Shown here: piece after piece, positions 10,265 through 17,085 of the stretch
How positions within the stretch are numbered: position 1 is the stretch's first letter
Layout: each line of letters opens with the position of its first letter
From: Fastidiosibacter lacustris
GTDB taxonomy: Bacteria; Pseudomonadota; Gammaproteobacteria; Francisellales; Francisellaceae
NCBI RefSeq assembly: GCF_003428155.1
Contig: NZ_QLIR01000025.1
Location: forward strand, 1-24,088
Length of the DNA: 24,088 nt
Direction of reading: 5' to 3'
Program-made: the position numbers and the translations under genes
Notes under the pieces: generated by a model
Told to the model about the DNA's origin: nothing
Seen by the model: only the letters and a program-made list of their open reading frames with translations
The model's database searches: none

Positions 10265-10849
10265 TTACACCAGTTTATGGAATAATGCCGAAGGTTGTGT
10301 CAAAAATTCTTCGATGAGTTCAAAGCTAACGTCAATGTTACTATAGGAGTGACCTTGACCTGTTTTTATATCGATGTGCGCACAGGCAAAGACCTGTTCT
10401 GCTAGATGAGCAGGTGTGATTGTATCATCTTGTTGTAACAGCAATAGATAATCATTCATGTGTTTAAGTTGCTTTGGCATGGCATTCACTAATGCCATTG
10501 CCTCGTGATACATATCGCTATATTGTGGCATTAAAGCAATCAAATCTAAGCGTGAAGCTGGATTGATTAAAATGACTTTGTCAATATCACTTCGCGTCTG
10601 TTTTAATAAATGCGCCATATAACCGCCTAGTGAGCTACCGATAATTACTTTACTATCAGCTTTAGCCTGAGATAAGAGTCGATCGATCATACTCATTGCT
10701 TGTTGTGTATTCATGGTTAAATGTGGCATGTCGATTTGAGCATTTGGATATTTTTGCTTAAACCATTGTTTAAGCTTTTGCGCTTTGGGTGAAGTCGGTG
10801 ACCCTTGAAAACCATGTAGATACAAAAAATATTTGCTTAGCTTACTCAT
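10265..10849 (-). CDS. Alpha/beta-hydrolase, YqiA-like esterase family
   Basis: LYLHGFQGSPTSPKA N-terminal motif and GSSLGGY nucleophile elbow. Start set at ATG 10849 (MSKLSKYF), preceded by AAGAGG and forming an ATGA overlap with the cmk-fusion stop. The track start at 10879 is probably an extension. Confidence 0.6.
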   Translation of the reverse strand: MSKLSKYFLYLHGFQGSPTSPKAQKLKQWFKQKYPNAQIDMPHLTMNTQQAMSMIDRLLSQAKADSKVIIGSSLGGYMAHLLKQTRSDIDKVILINPASRLDLIALMPQYSDMYHEAMALVNAMPKQLKHMNDYLLLLQQDDTITPAHLAEQVFACAHIDIKTGQGHSYSNIDVSFELIEEFLTQPSALFHKLV

Positions 10850-12555
10850 ATTGACCTCTTTGTGCTGATGTATTGCCAACAGTTAATCAGATGATAGCCT
10901 GTCGTTGATTTTACTTTATCAAAGGCAGCTTGCTCATTATGATCGATATACTCAATTGGTAAATCATTTGCTATAAACACCTTAGCAAAAATTTCAAATG
11001 CTGCTTCAAGTGTATTTTCTTGTTTTGTCATGGCAAGATAGCGCATGTATTCTAACATCGGCCAAATGCGATATTGTGTTTGATCATCTTTGTTATTCAA
11101 GTTACTGCGTACTAAGCCGTTAGCATTAACACCCTTTTGAGAGGCAGACAAAAATAATGCTTTATGATCGGGCATGAGTCCTACATCCACACCAAGTTCT
11201 AGTGCCTCCAAAATAAGTGCACTCCACTCAAAGCTATGACCTGGTTCAAAAACAACAGGTTGATATTCAATCGAATATTCACGCATCAGCATTTGCTTGT
11301 GATCAAAAAACAAAATAATGATTTGCTCATATAAAGCTTGTGCTTGATTTTTAAAAATATCACTTTTGGTATAGCGATAAGCACTTAAATAACTTTCAAA
11401 TAAGTGCATCAGCGCATTTTGACCAATTACACCTTGTGCATCCTTTAAGTTTTTAAATGCTTCACTTACAAACTTCTCTTGAATTAATTGATTCACCTTC
11501 AAAATATCCGCCAATAAATCTGTTTGTGTGTATTTTTGATATAAATGACTCAATGAGAAGAGTAAGAAAGCATATTCATAAGGATCACTAACGTTCCCAT
11601 CTTGAACAAATTTGTGCCAGCTTTGTGTTGAGTGATTCCAATAAAGTGCTTTTATCTGCTGATAAAGCTTAAAAGCCTTGTTCCACCCATCTTCTAGATT
11701 GTTTAAGCGCGCATAGGTTATTAAATAAAACATTCCCCTTGTTTGACATAATAGTCTTGTGTTGGCTTTGTTAACTAAATAAGGTTTGTCCAAAAATTCT
11801 GGTACATAACTAAGTGTATCGATATTTTTGACTAACAAGCCATAATAGGTTTTCTGCCACCGTTTAATATAGCTTAATCTATCTATACGTTTGATGTCGG
11901 TTAATACTTTATTAAAAACGCCATTGATATCCAAGTTACTAGTATCTACAACAATTGCATCATCTGCTGCTTTCAAGGGAGCTATTGCTCGATTCCTATC
12001 TTGCGCATCACGTGCTTGCAATTGCTCTAAAATCTCGTTGTAATCTGCTTTCTCAGCTTTAGCAACAAGTTCATCATAGCGTCGCTTTGCACGCACTTGA
12101 ATTTCTGCGTCTAAAAAAAACTTATATTGTGCATTTGGAAAGACAACTGTTCCCATGTCTCTTCCATCTGCAACCAAGCCCTTTACTCCTTTAGCAAAGT
12201 CTTTTTGGCACGCAAGCAAAGCTTCGCGCACAATAGGAATTTTTGCAATTTTAGATGCTATCATACCTGTTTTTTCTTCCCTGATTCGGTGGCTTACATC
12301 GACACCATTCAAATAAGCGGTTGTTTTATCATCTTCAATCTTAAAGTCAATATTTAAATTTTTTAAGGTGTGATATAAACGTTCTTCATTACAAAGATCT
12401 AACTGCTGATCCAAAACAAGTAATGCCGCTAGCCGATAAATGGCTCCACTATCTAACAAGGCGTAATCAAACTGCTTGGCTAACAAGCGTGATAACGTGC
12501 CTTTTCCCACTCCACTTGGACCATCAACTGTAATAATATCAACCTTATTTCCCAT
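10846..12555 (-). CDS. cmk: Cytidylate (CMP) kinase fused to a C-terminal AGE-superfamily (N-acylglucosamine 2-epimerase / sugar isomerase-like) domain
   Basis: N-terminal ~225 aa is a complete Cmk (ITVDGPSGVGKGT P-loop, LDSGAIYR, GRDMGTVVFP, RAKRRY). The remaining ~340 aa carry alpha/alpha-toroid AGE-type motifs (YEYAFLLFSLSHLY, NALMHLFESYL, EPGHSFEWSALILE, RIWPMLEYMRY). It is one uninterrupted ORF. ATG at 12555 is preferred (AGGAG 10 nt upstream) over the TTG at 12564. Confidence 0.75.
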   Translation of the reverse strand: MGNKVDIITVDGPSGVGKGTLSRLLAKQFDYALLDSGAIYRLAALLVLDQQLDLCNEERLYHTLKNLNIDFKIEDDKTTAYLNGVDVSHRIREEKTGMIASKIAKIPIVREALLACQKDFAKGVKGLVADGRDMGTVVFPNAQYKFFLDAEIQVRAKRRYDELVAKAEKADYNEILEQLQARDAQDRNRAIAPLKAADDAIVVDTSNLDINGVFNKVLTDIKRIDRLSYIKRWQKTYYGLLVKNIDTLSYVPEFLDKPYLVNKANTRLLCQTRGMFYLITYARLNNLEDGWNKAFKLYQQIKALYWNHSTQSWHKFVQDGNVSDPYEYAFLLFSLSHLYQKYTQTDLLADILKVNQLIQEKFVSEAFKNLKDAQGVIGQNALMHLFESYLSAYRYTKSDIFKNQAQALYEQIIILFFDHKQMLMREYSIEYQPVVFEPGHSFEWSALILEALELGVDVGLMPDHKALFLSASQKGVNANGLVRSNLNNKDDQTQYRIWPMLEYMRYLAMTKQENTLEAAFEIFAKVFIANDLPIEYIDHNEQAAFDKVKSTTGYHLINCWQYISTKRSI

Positions 12556-13588
12556 GGTATTCAAACTCCTGCATTACAGTAATAAATGCTTTTACTTCGT
12601 CTAATGTAATTGAATTGTATAGGCTTACTCGCACACCGCCTGTGCTTCTGTGTCCAGCAATGCCATAAACACCTTTCTCTCTAGCAAAATTTAAAAAGGC
12701 TGTAGTTTGATCCAAGCTTGGTAAATGAAAGACTACGTTCATTTTTGAACGTATTTCAGCTGCTATGAAATTATTAAATATTTTTGAGTCATCAATTGCT
12801 TTATATAAAAGCCTTGCCTTATGATTGTTGTTTTCAGCGACAATCGCTAAGCCGCCTTGTGCCAATAAATCTTGCAATACTAACTCAACTGATACCCAAG
12901 CAATCACGTCTGGTGTGTTATACAAAGAGTTTGTTTGTTGCATTGTTGCATAGTTTAATATCGCTGGAATACTTTGTTTGTCTTCATCAATCAAACTTTT
13001 TTTGATGATCACAACAGTGATACCTGGTAAGCCTATGTTTTTTTGAGCTCCAGCATAGACCAAATCGTATCGAGATATATCTGTTGGTTTTGACAGAAAA
13101 CTCGAAGACATATCGCAAACGAGTGGTGATGATGTATTGGGAATATAATGCCATTGTATGCCATCTATGGTTTCATTTTCAGTGTAATGGACATAATCAT
13201 ATTGAGAAGCTATTAAATCACTGGACTCTGTCATTGATAAGAGATCTACGGCAATAAATTTTTTGGCTTCTTTAATTGCTGCTTGTGACCAATAACCGCT
13301 GTTGATATAAAGGGCTTTACCACTTTTATTCAGGTTCATAGGGATTGCAGCAAACTGACCGCTAGCCCCCCCCGACATCAATAAAATTTCATAATCATTG
13401 CTTAAATTTAATAATTGAGTTAAATATTGTTTGATATTATGATTGACCTCTGCAAATAATTCGTCACGATGAGACAACGACAAAAGTGATAATTTTGTAC
13501 CTTTGTAATCATGAATCATCTGGATAAGTGATTGGTAAATATGGCTTTTAAGCTGTGCAGGTCCAGCACAAAAATTCATTGTATACAT
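12545..13588 (-). CDS. serC: Phosphoserine aminotransferase
   Basis: 347-aa ORF. MNFCAGPAQL N-terminus and a PLP-lysine region YAGAQKNIGLPGITVVII typical of SerC. serC-cmk neighbourhood as in other gammaproteobacteria. Confidence 0.88.
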   Translation of the reverse strand: MYTMNFCAGPAQLKSHIYQSLIQMIHDYKGTKLSLLSLSHRDELFAEVNHNIKQYLTQLLNLSNDYEILLMSGGASGQFAAIPMNLNKSGKALYINSGYWSQAAIKEAKKFIAVDLLSMTESSDLIASQYDYVHYTENETIDGIQWHYIPNTSSPLVCDMSSSFLSKPTDISRYDLVYAGAQKNIGLPGITVVIIKKSLIDEDKQSIPAILNYATMQQTNSLYNTPDVIAWVSVELVLQDLLAQGGLAIVAENNNHKARLLYKAIDDSKIFNNFIAAEIRSKMNVVFHLPSLDQTTAFLNFAREKGVYGIAGHRSTGGVRVSLYNSITLDEVKAFITVMQEFEYHGK

Positions 13589-13982
13589 GTGTTGTATGTG
13601 TTAAAACTTAAGTGGACTCATTATAGCGAAGCAATGACAAGCATGAAATCTATATTCCCATCACTAAAGCTGAATTTTTAATTTAATTCTAGAGTTACAT
13701 ACTTTTTAGACCCTAGGGGCAAACATTAGTGTCTCATCTCTTAAATGCGTTATGGTTGATAATCCAACATGACAATTGATATGGTTAGGGGTATTATTAA
13801 GTGAGCATTAAGAGTTATTTAGGTCATCAAGCATTAGGGCGATAATCTGCCAAAGGTTGTTATTAAAATATTCCTTCATGGAAATAATTTTGTTACAAAA
13901 CGCCAATACCAGAAATACTGCAAAATAAAACGTGAATAAGATATACTTATAAGCGTTTAAACCTGAGATATGGAGACGTAAT

Positions 13983-14633
13983 ATGAAAAAATTGAGTAAA
14001 ATTATTGGCATCACTGCATTTTGTTTAACAAGTGGTAACTTTGTATTTGCTCAAGGTGTGCAAACGGGACTTACTCTTGGTGCAAGCTTAGGTGGTGCAT
14101 CAACACAAAACTACGACTCTAGTGGAATAATCAGTAATACCACCAAAACACAAGGTGGTGCCTATGGTGGTTTTGCAGTTGGTTATGACCTTGCTTTAAC
14201 CCAAAACATAAGTCTTGGTGTCGAATCCGGTTTTTATTATGGCTATAGCTTAGCTTCATTAAAAGCAGATGGTCTAGATAAATCTAACCTTAACCAGTGG
14301 AACATCCCTCTTCTTATTGTTGGCAAATACACTTTCAATAACGGTGTTAATGTGTTTGCGAAAGCGGGTGCAACTTATGTTCATCAACAAATTACAAATA
14401 CCGACACCTATTTTGTTCCTGGTACCAATGGCACCAATTTTGAATTTTTACCAGAGCTTGCAGCAGGGGTCGGCTACAAATTCACAAATGGTATTAATAT
14501 TGGGGGTCAACTTGGCTATTTATTTGGTTCAACCGCAGACTTAAGAACATCTAACTCTTATCACGGTAATGATGTCAAGGTTGCGGCAAGTGTGACTTTG
14601 ACTGCTTACATTAGTTACACATTTCCTATATAA
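13983..14633 (+). CDS. Outer-membrane beta-barrel protein (small OmpA/OmpW-like porin-family barrel)
   Basis: 216-aa ORF. GGAG SD 7 nt upstream. Signal peptide MKKLSKIIGITAFCLTSGNFVFA-QG. Gly/aromatic-rich alternating strands (GGFAVGYDL, GVESGFYYGY, AAGVGYKF). C-terminal aromatic motif ISYTFPI. Confidence 0.6.
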   Translation: MKKLSKIIGITAFCLTSGNFVFAQGVQTGLTLGASLGGASTQNYDSSGIISNTTKTQGGAYGGFAVGYDLALTQNISLGVESGFYYGYSLASLKADGLDKSNLNQWNIPLLIVGKYTFNNGVNVFAKAGATYVHQQITNTDTYFVPGTNGTNFEFLPELAAGVGYKFTNGINIGGQLGYLFGSTADLRTSNSYHGNDVKVAASVTLTAYISYTFPI

Positions 14634-14647
14634 ATAAACTTTAAGTT

Positions 14648-14693
14648 GTACAAGTTTAGACTCGACTTGACAGTTGCTTATTTTAAAACGCGA
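14648..14693. repeat. Left copy of the island-flanking imperfect direct repeat
   Basis: GTACAAGTTTAGACTCGACTTGACAGTTGCTTATTTTAAAACGCGA matches 23963-24009 at 41 of 46 aligned positions plus one 1-nt gap, aligned by hand. Weaker similarity extends to ~14641-14700 versus 23956-24020. Confidence 0.8.
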
Positions 14694-15061
14694 CGGCAGA
14701 ATTTAGAACTGTGAAAAATTTACACAGTCAATTGAACAGGTTTGGCTCATCTATTTTTATCTAAGTCTTGTGATTCTGTCATTACCAAGGTAAAGTGTCG
14801 GACTAATTACCAAGGGATTTTGTCGTGTTAATAGTATGGTCTGAATGCTATTGAGTCAACAAACTATTAGTAATAACCCTGACGTTATTAACCGAATCAT
14901 AAAAACTGGTAGTCCCTGCTTTTGTGGGTAACGTTTGACCTGTTTTTATCGTGTTCTCACCTATATAGGACTAGTGTTAAGGTCCGTGCTTCAGCAGTAA
15001 CGCAATACCTGATCTGACTATCCTGCTGCTTATTTATTCTCTACATACTTGAATTTAGGGG

Positions 15062-15091
15062 TTGACAGCCAATAATATTTCATGCTGAAAT
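15062..15091 (+). promoter_or_regulatory. Candidate promoter for the small ORF/operon (perfect TTGACA, weak -10)
   Basis: TTGACA at 15062-15067, then TGAAAT at 15086-15091 after an 18-bp spacer. A second perfect TTGACA at 15129-15134 has no usable -10. Pattern only. Confidence 0.2.
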
Positions 15092-15188
15092 TACTGTGGC
15101 GGGCAAGGAACTCTTAGCGACCGCTAGATTGACATTTTAAATTACCGCCGAAAGATGGTAATTTGAGGCATTACAATAAGGGGGATTT

Positions 15189-15368
15189 ATGAAATCAAGT
15201 GATAACCAAAAATTCGCGAAAGCTTCTAGTGATGACCCCGTTGTCTATCCACGTCATTTTGCTCCAGACTTTAAAGTCATGGGTGCTGGATCCACGCAGT
15301 GGCCACGGCATGCGAATCATGTATTGACAAGATCAGGTGTAACATCAGGATGTTTATCAAAAACATAG
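15189..15368 (+). CDS. Un-called 59-aa ORF, candidate precursor peptide of the radical SAM system
   Basis: ATG at 15189 preceded by TAAGGGGGA (15178-15186). Hand translation: MKSSDNQKFAKASSDDPVVYPRHFAPDFKVMGAGSTQWPRHANHVLTRSGVTSGCLSKT, stop TAG 15366-15368. One residue below the 60-aa cutoff the ORF track appears to use. Same strand as, and ~230 nt upstream of, the radical SAM gene. Confidence 0.5.
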   Translation: MKSSDNQKFAKASSDDPVVYPRHFAPDFKVMGAGSTQWPRHANHVLTRSGVTSGCLSKT

Positions 15369-15596
15369 TTATAACATTGATAGTTCGTTAGTATGGCAAC
15401 ATAATTAGCTAAAAAATAGTAGCCTGCGACGGGATCAACTATTCTCGCTAAAAAATTGATGAAAGTCTTATAAATAAGGGATTTTTGAATAAAACAGTTA
15501 CGAAAAAATACAAAGTGAGCATAATTGCATATCAAAGGATCTAAGACTGGATTTTCTGGTTGCGGGATATGTCTGGCTGTAAGGAGGGTTAGTGTA

Positions 15597-16286
15597 GTGC
15601 AACATGATATCTCAGAATATATTTCCCGTGATGAGCCTTTATTTAGTGCACCTGTTCACGTTGATTTTGATATGACAAATGCATGTAATCTGGCATGTCA
15701 TCACTGTCATGCTGCATCTGGTAGAAGACAGCATGATGAATTAACTTCAGATGAAATAAAACATGTGATCGCCGATTTGCATCAAAATGGTGTAATAGAC
15801 TTAACTATTGCTCGAGGTGAGCCATTTCTCAGACCTGATTTATCTGATATCTTAGAGTATGCTGATTCATGCCAAGGTATTTATACAACTGTAGTAACGA
15901 ATGGTACGCTTTTGAAGCGTGAAACAGTAAAAAAACTTTCCTCAAATTGCAGGGGCATAAATTTCAACATTAGTATTGATGGCTCCACTCCGGATAAGCT
16001 GGATATTCTTCGACACAGAAAAAAACGTGATAATGACAAAAAAAGACAGTTGTTTGCTCAGATTATTGATGATGCTAAAGCCATTTCGGATGCTGGACTT
16101 ACTCTCGGAGTTAGCTTTGTAGCCAGCGGAATGAATGCTGATGATCTTGAAAATGTTTACGATATGGCTGTTAATGAGCTAAGGGCGAAAAGTGTAACTG
16201 CAATACGTTTTTTTCCTGCCGGTTTTGGAAAGAATGCGTTAAACGAGCTGGTGCTAAAATATGAAAAGTGGGAAAAATTATTCTAA
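15597..16286 (+). CDS. Radical SAM enzyme, N-terminal (AdoMet radical core) fragment of a frame-disrupted rSAM/SPASM gene
   Basis: CX3CX2C cluster motif in DMTNACNLACHHCHA, then GEPFLRPD and VVTNGTLL. Likely start is GTG 15597, 9 nt after AGGAGG (15582-15587); the track start at 15525 is an extension. The frame ends at TAA 16284-16286 and the reading continues in the -1 frame. Confidence 0.8.
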   Translation: MQHDISEYISRDEPLFSAPVHVDFDMTNACNLACHHCHAASGRRQHDELTSDEIKHVIADLHQNGVIDLTIARGEPFLRPDLSDILEYADSCQGIYTTVVTNGTLLKRETVKKLSSNCRGINFNISIDGSTPDKLDILRHRKKRDNDKKRQLFAQIIDDAKAISDAGLTLGVSFVASGMNADDLENVYDMAVNELRAKSVTAIRFFPAGFGKNALNELVLKYEKWEKLF

Positions 16287-16774
16287 ATCTTACTAGAAGA
16301 CGTCATTCTTTCCAGAATCTCACCATTTCTGTTGCAGCTCCATGGGAAATATACCTTCCCCTACTGGAAAATGGCTACACACCTCAACAAGTGTGGGAAA
16401 TCTGGCAATATAAATCAATGCTAGCAGATCCCCTTTATTCATCAGCTTATCAGATCGGTGATTCGGGTGGGATTGGGGATTTGAATATCAGCGGTAATGG
16501 TAATGTATACCCTTCAGTTCTAATGTCAGGTAGCCATGACGTCCTATGCGGAAATATACGCAACCAGTCACTAAAATGGATATGGAATAACGCTAACCCT
16601 CTAAAGGAACTACGTAATATTCAACTTTCTAAAATTGGTGGTCCATGCGTTGACTGCCACATTCGTGATTTATGTGGTGCAGGCTCGCGCGCTCGCGCGC
16701 TTTCTCTGACAGGGAGTATATACGGACTTGATTATTGGTGCCCTGTCATTGCAAAAAATCTCAAGGAGATATAA
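16268..16774 (+). CDS. SPASM-domain C-terminal fragment of the same radical SAM enzyme
   Basis: GNGNVYPSV..LCGNIRNQSLKWIWNN followed by PCVDCHIRDLCGAGSRARA and YWCP. This is the CX2CX5C...C auxiliary Fe-S pattern of SPASM/twitch domains. The frame is open only from 16265, so the join to the upstream fragment lies in 16265-16283. Confidence 0.75.
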   Translation: MGKIILNLTRRRHSFQNLTISVAAPWEIYLPLLENGYTPQQVWEIWQYKSMLADPLYSSAYQIGDSGGIGDLNISGNGNVYPSVLMSGSHDVLCGNIRNQSLKWIWNNANPLKELRNIQLSKIGGPCVDCHIRDLCGAGSRARALSLTGSIYGLDYWCPVIAKNLKEI

Positions 16775-16776
16775 TT

Positions 16777-17085
16777 ATGTTACTGTATTCCAAAGAAAAT
16801 AGTACCATGCGTCTGCTGGAAAGATGCTATGGCGCCGAATTAAGGTATAATCGTCAGGTATTTTTTGCCAATAATGATTTAACAAAAATTATCAAATTTG
16901 TTATTAAAACATCTGGTTGTGATTACCCTCCGTCGTATAGTAGTCAATCATGGGTAGATGAAAAAACTGTACGTGACACATTGCATAAACTTTCAGATGC
17001 AGGTATTCCACTTTCATTTTGGGGTGAGTTTTGGAGTAATACTGAAGTTTTGTCAGCCAATCATAGTTTGAAGATAGATTTATGA
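16777..17085 (+). CDS. Small PqqD/RRE-like protein (putative precursor-peptide recognition element)
   Basis: 102 aa from ATG 16777 (AAGGAG 8 nt upstream; 2 nt after the SPASM stop). The size, the position next to the rSAM gene, and the pattern of beta-strand residues followed by helices (NNDLTKIIKFVIK ... VDEKTVRDTLHKLSDAGIPL) resemble PqqD/MftB-type domains. Assignment is by resemblance only. Confidence 0.45.
   Translation: MLLYSKENSTMRLLERCYGAELRYNRQVFFANNDLTKIIKFVIKTSGCDYPPSYSSQSWVDEKTVRDTLHKLSDAGIPLSFWGEFWSNTEVLSANHSLKIDL

Noticed and set aside
13808-14014. 68-aa - strand ORF overlapping the OMP gene start.
   Set aside because: It overlaps the OMP SD and start codon, and it is hydrophobic and low-complexity. 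It sits in the divergent promoter region between serC and the OMP gene.
14966-14989. Second direct repeat, TAGGACTAGTGTTAAGGTCCGTGC versus 23136-23159 TAGGGCTCGTGTTAAAGTACGTGC (20/24). It sits just inside the left boundary and ~160 bp upstream of the transposase start. Considered as degenerate Tn3-type terminal repeats.
   Set aside because: A rough estimate says a 20/24 match is expected about once or more by chance in a 24 kb by 24 kb comparison of AT-rich DNA. The copies are direct rather than inverted, and neither has the GGGG...ACGCTAAG Tn3-family signature.
15317-15535. 72-aa - strand ORF between the small ORF and the rSAM gene.
   Set aside because: It overlaps the 3' end of the SD-preceded 59-aa + strand ORF. 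It has an Asn/Phe/Tyr-rich composition typical of antisense AT-rich sequence, and no SD.
16273-16277. Programmed -1 ribosomal frameshift on the A5 run as the explanation for the split rSAM gene.
   Set aside because: No canonical X XXY YYZ slippery heptamer is present and I see no obvious downstream stem-loop or pseudoknot. Two other genes in the island show the same kind of shift, so mutation or sequencing error is more parsimonious. It is kept as a minor alternative in the finding.
16683-16698. GC-rich tandem GCTCGCGC x2, considered as a possible regulatory or recombination motif.
   Set aside because: It lies in frame within the SPASM domain, encoding GSRARA at the position of the usual GGGCRA motif. 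Coding sequence explains it.
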